DNA of 64,000 nt from Neophaeotheca triangularis (taxonomy: Eukaryota): NCBI GenBank assembly GCA_054600435.1, contig BAAIJX010000018.1, positions 1 to 64,000 on the forward strand. The letters run 5' to 3'. The position numbers and the translations under genes were made by a program. Under the pieces are notes generated by a model. It worked only from the letters and a program-made list of their open reading frames with translations. It made no database searches and was not told where the DNA came from. Positions 34,452-46,326 of the stretch are shown in pieces. Each line of letters opens with the position of its first letter. Within the stretch, counting starts at the first letter, position 1.

Positions 34452-35091
34452 TCATAGAGCTTTACCCATGAACTTGCGCTTGGAGAAGCTCAGCCACCAC
34501 TGTTGATCGCAGCGTTAGTAAATTAACCTTGGTTACCCTCTACGCTTATTATTTGTTGTGCAAACTAACCTTGCTGGGCGTGCCGCTACCGTCCCAGTAC
34601 ACTCTGTTCAAAAGCCTCGAAGCCAACTCCTGCCTCATCTGCATGATGTATTGCCGCAGCACCTCAGCTTCCTGACGATCCCGCGGCGGCTCAAAGGCCT
34701 GGTTGAGTGGAAAGGCAGCATCTCCGGGTATGGCGAAGTTGGAATCCAAAGCGACATTGGTGACAGCTCTTTCGGCATCTCTTCTTGCCATGCCCGGCTT
34801 GATCTGAGACAGGGCTTCGCTCACGAACAGGATGCCGTAGATCAGCACTCGGTCGGCGGGGCCCTTGATTTCGAAGTTACGGAAGAAGGTGTTGGCTCGG
34901 AAGAGGGAGAGCACTTCGTCTAGCGGGTCGTAGCTCTCATCTTCGGGGTCGACTTCGATCTCGGTGGTGTTCTGGAGGGGTGGAAGTTGTTGCGCCGGGC
35001 CTCGTGTGCGGGTGCGGAGTGGGAGGAGGGCGAAGTTGCCGATGGTCTGGTGTTGGGGCTCCTCAAGGAAGACGGAATGGTAGGCGGGCAT
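34452..35091 (-). CDS. ARC18: Arp2/3 complex 21 kDa subunit (ARPC3), 2 exons
   Basis: MPAYHS, LPLRTRTRGPA, LFRANTFFRNFEIKGPADR. Last exon WWLSFSKRKFMGKAL*. Confidence 0.96.
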
Positions 35092-35256
35092 GTTGGGTTA
35101 TATATCCGAGGGGGAAGTTGTTCCGGGGTAGATTCTGTTGTTGCGGTATACCTAGTAAGGTACATGTAGCAGTGGAGCCTCATGGAAGTGGGATGTGACG
35201 CCGACTGTGGCCGTCAACCCTAACCCTGCCAGCTGTTCTGACCCGGCTTGCACTTT

Positions 35257-35274
35257 ACGCGTGCCCAAACGCGT
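35257..35274. promoter_or_regulatory. Tandem MluI cell-cycle boxes (ACGCGT x2) in the ARC18/RFC3 divergent promoter
   Basis: ACGCGT at 35257-35262 and 35269-35274, about 130 nt upstream of a DNA replication gene. Confidence 0.65.
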
Positions 35275-35402
35275 CTCCAGTCTGTCTCTCGACTTCAATT
35301 CTAAACTTATACCCTACCTTTGCCAACAACCCTCTGTTCTTGCAACCTCAAATCCACAGGAGGTTACCAACACCCAGTACTTCCCGCCGAATACTAAACA
35401 GC

Positions 35403-36614
35403 ATGTCCGACTATGGCGACGCCGACGACATGGATGTCGACGTTGCTCCCAAACCCGTCTCAGACGACATTCACTTCTCTTCCAATAACACCGATAGCAA
35501 GGGTAAGCGAAGCGCCGCGAACCTACCCGTTGAGGCCGAAGACAATCTTCCCTGGGTAGAAAAGTACAGACCAAACAGTCTCGCCGATGTTTCAGGCCAC
35601 CAGGATGTGCTCGCGACCATCAACAAATTCGTTGACGCAAACAGACTGCCGCATCTTTTGCTCTATGGCCCTCCCGGTACTGGCAAGACGAGTACGGTGT
35701 TGGCATTGGCGAGGAGGATATACGGCAACCGCAATATGAGGCAGATGGTGCTCGAGCTGAACGCTTCCGACGACCGTGGCATCGATGTCGTACGCGAACA
35801 GATCAAGACGTTTTCTTCAACCAAACAAATCTTCGCTGGGAGCTTCGACAAATCAGCCTCCAAAGAGTCCAATATTGGCAACTTCAAGCTCATCATCCTG
35901 GACGAGGCGGATGCGATGACGTCTACAGCGCAGATGGCATTGCGGAGAATCATGGAGAAATACACGGCCAACACGCGCTTCTGCATTATCGCAAACTACA
36001 CGCACAAGCTCTCACCGGCGTTGCTGTCTCGGTGTACGAGGTTCCGCTTCAGCCCACTCAAAGAGCCCGATATCAAGCGTCTGGTGGACAAGGTGATAGC
36101 AGAGGAGAATGTCAAGATCGCACCGGACGCAGCGAATAGCTTGGTGACGCTGAGCAAAGGCGACATGCGACGAGCGTTGAACGTGTTGCAAGCATGCCAT
36201 GCCTCAAGCACCCCGCTCAGAGTACCTGGGGAGGCAGCAAAAGCAGACAAGGATATTGAACGGGAGCTCATCACGCTGGAGAACATCTACGACTGCATCG
36301 CGGCGCCCCATCCCGGAGATATCTCCGCTATCACGCAGACTCTGCTCACGACTTCGAATGTGGGATCCTGCTTGTCTACGATCAATACGCTGAAGAAAAC
36401 TAAGGGCTTGGCTCTTGCGGATATCCTGACTTCCATGGCCGAGCAGCTTGCCGAGGTGGAAGCTCCAACGCAAACTAGAGTTGCTTGGTTGGAGGGATTG
36501 GCAGAGATTGAGTACCGACTGAGTGGTGGGGGAAGCGAAGCGGTGCAGACTGGTGGGCTTGTGGGGGTGGTGAGGCAAGGTGCGGGCATGATGGAGAGGA
36601 GCGGGAAGGCTTAG
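35403..36614 (+). CDS. RFC3: Replication factor C small subunit (yeast RFC3 / human RFC5), intronless
   Basis: PWVEKYRP, Walker A GPPGTGKT, LELNASDDRGIDVVR, Walker B IILDEAD, SRC motif. Confidence 0.96.
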   Translation: MSDYGDADDMDVDVAPKPVSDDIHFSSNNTDSKGKRSAANLPVEAEDNLPWVEKYRPNSLADVSGHQDVLATINKFVDANRLPHLLLYGPPGTGKTSTVLALARRIYGNRNMRQMVLELNASDDRGIDVVREQIKTFSSTKQIFAGSFDKSASKESNIGNFKLIILDEADAMTSTAQMALRRIMEKYTANTRFCIIANYTHKLSPALLSRCTRFRFSPLKEPDIKRLVDKVIAEENVKIAPDAANSLVTLSKGDMRRALNVLQACHASSTPLRVPGEAAKADKDIERELITLENIYDCIAAPHPGDISAITQTLLTTSNVGSCLSTINTLKKTKGLALADILTSMAEQLAEVEAPTQTRVAWLEGLAEIEYRLSGGGSEAVQTGGLVGVVRQGAGMMERSGKA

Positions 36615-36913
36615 TTGGCGTTATGTAGAAGACCGTGGGTAGCTGCTGGGTGCCTGATTTCTGGCGTTTGGCTGACGTAGCGTTCTGAGCGAAGGCGCAA
36701 GCAATGGCTGATGTTTGTACTGTGCGGATGCAACGGGATTGTTACAGCTTGCTATCGAGTTGGTAATGCAACAAACAACATTTCGTCTGCATTGACTATT
36801 GAGCATCTCCCTAGCCTCTGGCCCTTCAGAACCGTCGAGGTCCAAACTGCGGCAGATCAGACGTCGCACGTAGCCAGCAGTGCCCGAGAAGAGCTTGCGT
36901 ACTGTACGGGAAA

Positions 36914-37151
36914 GCGTCGGACGTCGCAACACTTGTGACTAGACACGCAAACCCACGGTACAAAGTGGCGATCCCCGGACATGGCCTGTGTGCCATGCAC
37001 AATGATCGCGCCACAGAATTGAATGGCTCGTTTGGGTTTCCACGCTTCTTTAGGAAACCGAGCCGTTTCCCCGTGGCACGACAAGCCTGCAATCAAAAGC
37101 CTTGACCGTCCCGTGAAGGGGTCATTTGCGCCTGACAGACAATTCCAACGC
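36914..37151 (-). ncRNA. Candidate structured RNA (unidentified) or structured 3'UTR element
   Basis: Nested helices close a three-way junction. Most G-U pairs favour the minus strand. No known ncRNA signature recognised. Confidence 0.45.
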
Positions 37152-37224
37152 CAGGCTAATGCTTCGCAATGATCAGATTGGGTCCGTAAAATGTAGAGCG
37201 AGGTATCGTTTTCGCATCGCAAGC

Positions 37225-37843
37225 TCACGAGGAAGCACCAGCATCGGGGGCAGTGTCCATGACATCCGCGTTGGCGGCTCCCGCGCTCTTGGTGGCGTTG
37301 AAGTTGTCTCTAGAAGCGGTGAACTTCTCTTCGACGACGTCGCAAAGCTCTGAGAGATCGGTAAGGCCTTTGCGCAAGACTGAGGTGGCGCTAACGCCGT
37401 CTGTCCGAAGCGTTAGTGACTTTATGTTTCCCGGGTGGGTTAGGGATTGCAAGACGAACCGTAGGTTTGGATACGCAAGTTCATGACTGCTTCAGAAGGA
37501 TGGGGGATAGAGTAGCCGCAGAACTCGACGTCGGGGCTTTTGGGATCGCGTTAGCATGACCGCTCGCTAATTTGGGCAAAGAAAGTGGATTTGGCGCATA
37601 CTTTCGCATGATGAGATATCTGAGAGCGTTTCCGAGGGTGTGGTCTTCTCTCTCGAAAGCGAACGAGGCGGCCGTGTCGGTAGAGCCAGGCAGCTAAGAG
37701 TGTGTTAAATAGGTTCAGAAGTAGTTCACGGGGTCTCGTTTTACCAGTCGCAGTCGCTGCTTCTCGACCACGAATTCCTCGCCGTTGGCATCCGCTCCAG
37801 CAGCTGCATCGGACATGACTTCGTCGCCGGCTGTCTCTGCCAT
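37225..37843 (-). CDS. RPC19: RNA polymerase I/III shared subunit AC19, 4 exons
   Basis: Spliced: [63 protein letters not shown]. Confidence 0.93.
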
Positions 37844-37869
37844 TGTAGAAGAAGAGTGGAGGGATAGAA

Positions 37870-38030
37870 GAGTCACGTAGTTCGAAGGCAAAAGTGCGAA
37901 AGATGGTCCGGAATACTGGCAGGCAGCAGTTGAAGTTTTGATATTGCTTTGTAGCCAGTGAAAGCGCTCGACAAATTAGAGTTTAGCGTCAGATGCAGGG
38001 TCAGCACTGAACTCTGACTTCACTTGACTC
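37870..38030. promoter_or_regulatory. Putative Gcn4/CpcA sites (TGACTC) upstream of HIS3
   Basis: GAGTCA at 37870-37875 and TGACTC at 38025-38030 in the RPC19/HIS3 divergent spacer. Confidence 0.45.
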
Positions 38031-38171
38031 GAGCTTTTAGCAAGTCACGTTCAGACTGATATCGCAGTCTCGTTATTCGCTCGTCCCTCAAACATCAACT
38101 TCGAGAATATCGCAATCAGCCGCGACGAAGGACACATCAACCAGCAATTTCCGCATAAGCAGAGGCCCACC

Positions 38172-38858
38172 ATGTCAGCACCACCACGAGTCCGCAACGC
38201 AACAATCAACCGCGACACCAACGAGACAAAGATTCAGCTCTCGCTCAATGTCGACGGCGGTCCAGTCTCTCTCCAGGATGCCGTCTCGGACGGATCAGAG
38301 CAAGACGACAAGCAACACGCCTCGCAGTCCTCCAAGTCGCAGCAAATCTCAATAGACACGGGCATCGGCTTTCTCGACCACATGCTGCACGCTCTCGCAA
38401 AACACTCGGGCTGGTCGCTGCACCTGCGGACGAGGGGGGACTTGCACATTGACGATCATCATACTTCGGAGGATACATTTATAGCACTGGGTACGGCTCT
38501 CAAGTCGGCGTTAGGGACGACGAGCGGTCTGGCGAGGTTCGGCTACGCCTACTGCCCATTGGACGAGGCTTTGTCGCGAGCCGTGGTGGACCTGTCGAAC
38601 CGCCCGTACAGCGTGATCAATCTTGGGACTACCCGCGAGAAGATTGGGGACTTGAGTTGTGAGATGTTGCCGCATTGCTTGCAGAGTTTCGCTCAGGGTG
38701 CTGGACTCACGATGCACGTTGATTGTATAAGAGGGGAGAACGATCATCACCGGGCTGAGAGTGCGTTCAAGGCGCTGGCGGTAGCGTTACGCATGGCGTG
38801 TAGCCCTGTAGTGGGCCGAGAGGGAGAGGTGCCGAGCACAAAGGGAGTTTTGTTCTAA
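38172..38858 (+). CDS. HIS3: Imidazoleglycerol-phosphate dehydratase
   Basis: [67 protein letters not shown]. Confidence 0.98.
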   Translation: MSAPPRVRNATINRDTNETKIQLSLNVDGGPVSLQDAVSDGSEQDDKQHASQSSKSQQISIDTGIGFLDHMLHALAKHSGWSLHLRTRGDLHIDDHHTSEDTFIALGTALKSALGTTSGLARFGYAYCPLDEALSRAVVDLSNRPYSVINLGTTREKIGDLSCEMLPHCLQSFAQGAGLTMHVDCIRGENDHHRAESAFKALAVALRMACSPVVGREGEVPSTKGVLF

Positions 38859-39097
38859 TGTAACGAATACCTGTGTCTCGAGCTTGAAGCGTACAGCGTG
38901 TCAAGAAACAATACAATTGCTCAAGAGAAACCACCCATTATCGCCGCTCCATCCCAACGCCTTGTCTACCGTTTACACTCCACCTCGTTATGCGTGCTCA
39001 TGTGACTCCAGCTTCCCGTAATACCACTACGTAGGTACGCCGTGCACCAAGTCCTTGCAGACCAGTCAACTCTTGAAACGCTGCGGCAACCGCCCTC

Positions 39098-42000
39098 CTA
39101 CTCTTCATCATCACTCGCGGCGCGGGACTTGCTACCGCCACGAGGAGTTCCATTGGATCTAGCACCATTGAGCTTAAGCTTGAAACCCGATCTTTGTGGC
39201 TGCGGCGTGCCTGCAGCAGAGATCTGACGTGTGGAGCCACCCTCGGCCATTGAAGATTTGTCGTCATTGTTGAAGTCCTGCCACTCGGGATGGTTGGCGG
39301 TCTCTTCGCGGAGCTTGTCGTCGCAGGATCGCTGGAAAGACATTAGTTGAGCAATTTGTGTGACTCAATGTTGGGAACTTACCTCGATGAGATTCGCATC
39401 CTGGTACAGTGTGCTTGTGTCCTCGTTGTATTGACGACAGTTAGCACACATAAGCGCGATGTCTTGCCTGAAACTCCTGAGATTTTGGTACTGCTTCTTG
39501 TTGATCTTCTTCTCGATCTCTGCCATGCTGATCGGGTTCGGGATAAGCTGGTGGTAGTCCGGATACTGATTTCTTGGCGGAATACCGAGGAAAGGATCGA
39601 TGATGCCACGGGGAGGAAGTGACTTGTCCTTGCTCACTTCCTCGAGGTCCTGCAGAGAGTCGTACACGTTATCCAGAATGGATTGAAGAGTCGCACGGTC
39701 ATCTTTCGAGAGCGTCTCGACCACCTTGGCTGGGCCACGACCGCGTTTCTTCGGTGGTTCTGCAGGAGAGTCAAGCGAAGCGTCATCTGCGTTCCGTTTG
39801 GCGTTTGGCTTACCAGGCTTGCGGCCGCGTTTCTTGGGTGCCGGAGACTCTGAGCTAACTCGCGACGCCGACGCGGGAGGTGAATCGCCCAACCCATACT
39901 CGGTACGCAGCTTCGATTCCTTGTTGGTAGCTCGCTTGCTGATCCTCGCCTGCTTACGTGCGATGGCGTCCTCGATGCTGTCTTCGTCATTGTCGACGGC
40001 CTCGAGCCACTGCTCTTCGGACAAGCCGTCGTCGTACTTGACTTTCTGGCGCTCTCGTGTGCCGCGACCGTATACGGCCTCGATGTGTTCTTCAACGGGG
40101 CCTTCCTCGTTTGTGTAGAGATCGGGCAGCTCGGCATCCGTCAACAGACGAGGGTACTTCTTGTCAGGGCCGTACTTGGCGTTTTTCCGCAGCTCTTCAT
40201 CCATTTTCTGGAAGGTGATGAGCTCATCGTCAGAGCGCATCATGATGGTATTGAGATCGTCGTCGTCCATTTCGTCTTGCTCCAGGGCCTCTGCGGCTTC
40301 AGCAGACTCGAGCATGACACGAAGCATCTCATCACGCTCCTCGTTGGTAGATTTGTTGTCGAATTTTCCGGCTTGAATGACTTTGCCGTCCATGTCAAGC
40401 TTGAATTGTGCTCGCTCTAAAATCTTCTCTTCGACGGAATTCGAGCTGATCAGACGGAGAATGCGGACTTCGTTCTTCTGACCAATACGATGGGCACGAT
40501 CTTGGGCTTGCAAATCTTGGTGAGGGTTCCAGTCCGAGTCAAAGATGATGACAGTGTCCGCAGTCTGCAAGTTCAAGCCCAGTCCACCGGCGCGAGTCGA
40601 AAGCAAAAAGCAGAAGTAGGGGGAATCTGGTGCGTTGAACTCCCTAAGTAGATCAGACCGATCGTCCGCCTTTGTAGCGCCATCCAAGCGAAGGTACGCC
40701 AAGCCACGCAGACGCAAGAAGTCTTCCATGATGTTCATAATCTGTGTCATCTGGAAGAACATCAAGACTCTATGGCCCGTGGCGCGGAACTTCGGTAGGA
40801 TGCGATCAAGCAATTCGAACTTGCCAGCAGTGCGCCAAATCATGTCGTTTGTGCCTTTGTCGGGGTTCATCTGCTCTTCGACTTGTTCGAAAACAAAGGG
40901 GTGGTTGCATAGCTTGCGCAACTGCATGAGCATGTTGGACAAGCCACGCATGCCGGTCTTACTGCCTTTGCCATCGCTGACCATAATCCTGTTGTGGTGG
41001 AGAAGGGAGCTGTACAGCCTCTTTTGCAGGGCAGAGAAGTTGCACTTGATGACACGTTCTTGCTTGTCAGGTAGATCCTTCTCGACGTCTTTCTTGAGAC
41101 GACGCAGCAGGAAAGGACGGAGAACCTTGTGAAGACGCCTAATCACGAGCAGTTGCTCTTCTTCGGTCAAGTCGATCTTGTCCTGGCCACCAGTGTTCGC
41201 AAAGGGTGTATTGAACCACTCATCGAAGGACTTGACGCTCTTGAAAATGGTCGGAAGAACGAAGTTGAGTAAGGCCCACAGCTCTGGAAGGTTGTTTTGC
41301 AGAGGTGTACCCGTCAGGATCAGACGGTAGCGAGTGTGATAGTACTGGGTGATCGTGCTGCTGAGCTTGGAACCGGCGTTCTTCATTCGGTGGCCTTCGT
41401 CGACAATCATGTGGAGCCACTTGACCTTGCTGAGAACGGGGCGGTCCTTAATAATAAACTCGTATGTTGTCAAGAGGACCTGGAACTGGCCGAATCTGAT
41501 GCGGTTCTGCTGCGTCTTGCGCTGAGTAGGAGGGCCTTTGTAGACGATGCGCTGCACACTGGGTGCCCACTTTTCAAATTCGTTGTTCCAGTTGGTGAGA
41601 GTAGACAAGGGTACAATGACCAAGAAGGGCCCTTGTTGCTTCTTCTTCTCGATGAGGTATGTGATGAGCGAGATCGTTTGAATCGTTTTGCCGAGACCCA
41701 TCTCGTCTGCGAGAATACCGTTCAGGTTGTTGTTGTATAGTGAAATCATCCATTGCAGACCCTTGAGTTGGTACTCCTTCAGTGAACCGCCAACAAGGTT
41801 GCTGGACTGCTCAACGACGGGTTCTTTGACGCGATGAGCGACCTCGTAGTAGTCGACCTTCCCTCCATCCTCCCCGTCTTCTGCCTCCTGGGGCTCGTCT
41901 TCGGGCTCGGGTTCGTCTTCGGGGAAATGTCTGCCCTGGCTGCGTTGCTGTTCCTTGACCGAGGCTGCCAACTGGTTCAAAAAGCCGTCGGTCTGCTTGA

Positions 42001-43520
42001 GCAAATGCGAGATACGGCTGTCCTTGGCTTGGCCGAGCAACTTGAGGTACGTCTCTTCGTCGTTGGCCTTGAGAGCCTGGAGACGCTGCTTTGCCGTCCT
42101 CTCAATCCTCTTCTGTTCTTCCTTTTCGATGTTGTTATGTGTCAGTTGCATCATGCGACCCAGCTTCTGCTGACGAGCCTTCTTGGTCTCCCTGCTCTCC
42201 GCAAATTCACCAGCGCGATGGATGATGGACCGCAGATAGTCGCCGTGCTTCTTCTTCTCCTTGTTCTCTGCCGCATCGCGCTGCTGCTTCTCCAGTTTCT
42301 CGGTGATCCGTGCTTCACGCAGCGATTGTTTCTTCACCCGACGGTACATGCTACGATTAGCCGTCATGGCGAGGTTGTCATTGTTCAACATGTCTCTACT
42401 GATTTGCTGGCGCAGAGCACGTTGCTTTGGAAGAAGCGTCAGAGCCTTGAACTCAATCAAAGCCTTTAGCTTAAGCTGTGAGTTTTCCGTGGCCATGTCT
42501 GCTTTGCTGGTGTCCCATGCGCCAATGTTCGCGGGCAGATTCTCCAACTCTTGCTTCCTCGCATTGACACGGTTGTAGACTATCATCTCACGTTCTTCTC
42601 GCGCCCTTTCCGGATCGATGCCGAGGGGCATGATGCTGGGGATCATAGGCCTGTACGGCCTGTGGGTGTGGTCTGCGTAGCTTATGTTTTTGAGCAAAAG
42701 GCTGTGGGGGTCCGCGAATGTCTCGTACCGATGCCGGGGTTTGCTTTCAGACTGGACCCCGGGGGTAGCCTTGCCAGCAGACGTCGCGCCATCAAGCATT
42801 CTTTCGGCAGTCGACAGGCCCTCCGACATTGTAGACGGCTTCTGGTCTTGCTGTGATGCAGAAATGCGCTCCTGCACGCTCGCAGGAATAGGAAGATTCT
42901 TCTGTAGATGCGTAAAAGCCGTGATTTGTGCGCGCAACGTTGTGACCTGGTCCTTTGAAAATGCGGAGTCGTTCGTGCCGTCCAGAGGTACCAGACCGGT
43001 GTTGGTGGAAGGCTGCTGGGGAGGGGCTTGAGGACCACCGTTCATGCCCATTGATTGAAGCTGTCCATCCGTGCCGGTTTGTATTGAGGAAGGTCCACCA
43101 TTCGGTTGTGTTTGGATGTCACCCCCATTCTGTTGCTGAGCCATGGCTTGTTGCTGCTTCGCAAGTTGCTGGTTGCGCATGGCGGCCTGCTGCCTCTTCA
43201 GCATCTCCGTCTTCTGCTGAATGTTCTGCAGTATACTGCGCGCTTTGACGAATTCTGGATCGGTCTCGGGAACACCTTGTGCTTTCATCATTTGATATTT
43301 CTGCGTGCAGGAGAATAGTTAGTCGATTGCGCACATCTGTGAAGTGCGGCAGAGGCGCGCGTACCTGATATAGTCCTTGGACATGTTCCTTAGACATGCC
43401 CGGAGGTAAGATGCTATTGCCTTGCATCATCTTGCCCTGTGTCTGTCCCTGTCCTTGCGCCTGTCCTTGCGCCTGTCCCTGCTGCTGGGGCATACCCTGA
43501 GATGGCTGGACCGCCGCCAT
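39098..43520 (-). CDS. STH1: RSC/SWI-SNF chromatin remodelling ATPase (QLQ, HSA, SNF2 helicase, SnAC, bromodomain), 3 exons
   Basis: LADEMGLGKT, DEGH, LLSTRAGGLGLNLQ, QAQDRAHRIGQ, bromodomain YPDYHQLIPNPI. Introns 43301-43364 and 39332-39382. Confidence 0.95.
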
Positions 43521-44221
43521 TATGGAGTTGATGGCACCTCAATTGCGGCTATAGAGCCGGCGCGAACAGTGCGAGTGTGCGAATAGAACGCGACGAGACG
43601 TGGAGCTGGTTAACGAGTACCTCGAGAGCCAAGCGTCGAGGTGGTGGGTTTCCGGGATCCGGACAGTGCGAGGGAAGGTGTTTGCCAGGGTGGGAGGCGG
43701 CGCAAATGAAGTGGTTGGTCGCAAATCGCGCCGAAAGTGAATGTCCGGTATTGCAGTCACTACTGGCAAGCGTGGTCGCCGTCTCGAGGCCCAGACGCGC
43801 TTGCTACGCGTTGGTCAAGCAGACTGATGGCAAGCGGGGATGGTTCGGAAGTCTTGTCGATGCCGCATGTCGTTGCGCTCTGCTGTAAACTGAGAGAGTC
43901 CCGCTGGAAGTAGCGTGTTCCGGCTAGGTCGGGCCGAAGTGTTGCCGTGCACGTGATCAGCGATTGTCCATGTCACGTTTCACTCGTCGCCCAACATACA
44001 GTACGCGAATGAAGATACAATCATCTATTTGCTACGGTGAAGACCTGGGTACCATGTCTTACGTTTAGAAGCTAATCGAACGCTTAACTGAGCGTGGAAA
44101 ATTCGAGCCATGCACCCCAAACACCTTCCTTCCCTGTCAAGCTGATGCTTGAGTCCCCCCAACTCCTCGCTATGCATTGAACGCCACCGGCACCCCATGA
44201 GGCTCGCGAAAGCAGCTGGAA

Positions 44222-46326
44222 CTATTGGTAGCCAACAGCATCTGCGCCTGCCGTGTGGGCCCCAGTACGAATACCGTCCGCTCTACCATCCTCCCAGTAC
44301 ATGCTGTTCGATGGCTTCTCCACTTCTCTTTGTCGTCCAACAGACTCGTGCGCGCTCGAATTGGCCGCGTTTGCGTCGCTAGACTGCGCATGTTGCGCTC
44401 CGTTGACAACGCTGTTGTGCTGTGCTCCAGCGGCGCCACCTTGGTCGACACTGCAATTGGTCGACGGAGTCTGCTCACCCAGATTGCCTTTGCGTTTGCC
44501 CGAGCCAATCTCCTCGCCGCTACCTTCGCGACTGGACGCCCCGTTGACTTGCAGTTTAACCACAAGACTGGTCGGCTCTTCTTCCTCGTCTTCGTCCTCC
44601 AATCCCACGTCGCTGTCTTCCTCCTTATCATCAGCGTCGGCCATAGTCTCATCCTCCTCATTATCATCGCCGCCGTCCCACTCATCTCCGCTCGGTGTAG
44701 AGTCGTCTTCGTCACTCATGTCGTCGATGGGGTTCCGGCCATTGCTGCGTTTGCGTTTGATTGCTTCGATCTCGCCGTTGGTGGACTCTTTGCCAGAGTT
44801 TCGTGTGGCCCTTCTGCCACCACGCACGGGGTCTGAAGCCTCACTGCCATTGTCCAATGCTTGCTCGTCGTACTCGGGCGCCAGCTCATCGGTGCTGTTA
44901 ACCTGATTACTGAGCTTTGATTCTCCATACATACCCCCTGACCTGCCCCTGACCTGTCGGCCGCTTGCTGTAAATGTAGGGCCTGGCTCGAAAGGGGTGG
45001 AGCGGTTGGACTGCTGCCTTGTTGAGCGTCGCGCGGTGGTTGCATCGGAGTCAGGTGTGTCATCCTCATCCTCATCGTACGTATATCGCAAGCGCTTTCC
45101 TCGAGTCCGACCTTCGTACAAGCTGAAGCCTGGCTCTGGACGTGTGAATGCAGCTCGGCGGGCCTGGCGCTGTTCGCGTTTCTTTCGTTTCTATGTTTGC
45201 ATTAGCATTCCCATCCGTAATACTCAAACCGCTCCTGCAAGAGAACGTACCTCTTCTGACTGCTCAAAACGTGGAATAGCAGCGAGCATCCTTGCTGAGA
45301 GACGACGCGCGCCCTGCGTGCCATCCGCATTCTCTAGCTTTGCAGCCAAAGCCCTGAGCTCCTCAATGTTGCCGGCCATGCTGTACCACTGTGGGCTTGC
45401 TTTGAGATCGTAACGTGATCCTTCGCGATATACCCTGAAAGCGGTGTCGTCTTGTCCTTCAATCAGGTAGTAGCGCCTCTTGTCTCCGTCTTGACCCCAT
45501 GGCTGCACCGACAATCCCTGGTTCTCGTCGTCGTTGTGCCTTTGCTGCTTGTAGGCTTCTTGGATTTTGGCGCGAATGATGTCGGAGGAGGAAAGCGACC
45601 AATGAACGAGGGTACGAAGAATGTCCAGCTAGTCAAGAGTTAGCATCTAGCCTGTGTTTGCAGCAAGAAAGAGATGGTACGCACGCGATCGATTGGTGCG
45701 AGGCTATTAAAGTCCATGCTGCCGCGAAGAGGGTTGACACCTTGCCAGCGACGTGGCCACTGTGCCTTGTGCTTGAGTAACGCCTCTTCCATAGCTCGAC
45801 CATAGTGACCTTTCCTAAAAGCGAATCGTGTCAGCCTTCCTCTACGATGTCTTGCTTCTCAGACCAAGGTGTACGTACTCTACTGGCTTTGTCCTGTTCA
45901 GCACCAGCGCTAGCACACTGCACAGAAGGGCCTCTACTGGCGCGCTCGGCGGGTTCTCAATCACACCACGCTCGATATCCTGAGGTCCTAGATGCGCGAG
46001 CTTCGCGGGAAGCTGTTCGGTAAAGCGCGAGCGAAACATGACGAGAAACTGTGGGCAGGGCATTAGTGACGTGTTTGAGCGCGCCTTTACGCGTTCTTGC
46101 GCGTAAAGAGGCTTAGTATAAGAGTGTCACTCACGGCGATGTCGGAATTGTCCGCGAAAGCATCTTCATGCGGTGGGGATGGGTCCCTTTTGGCTCTTGG
46201 AGGGGATTCCTTTGGGGGTGGTGCTTTCAGCTTTGTAGCCTTCTTCGCCCTCGCGAAGATTGGCGCCAGCTTCTGAACTTCTTCGTCCGGCGCGCTGGAG
46301 AGCGACGAACTGTCCGAGTCGTCCAT
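44222..46326 (-). CDS. WHIM-domain protein, probable ISWI remodeller accessory subunit, 5 exons
   Basis: Spliced FLVMFRSRF..LGPQDIERG..LLCSVLALVLNR, WHIM1-like F..L.P..RLDILRTLVHW, WHIM2/3-like PWGQDGDKRRYY..WYSMAGNIEELRALA. Acidic tail. Confidence 0.75.
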
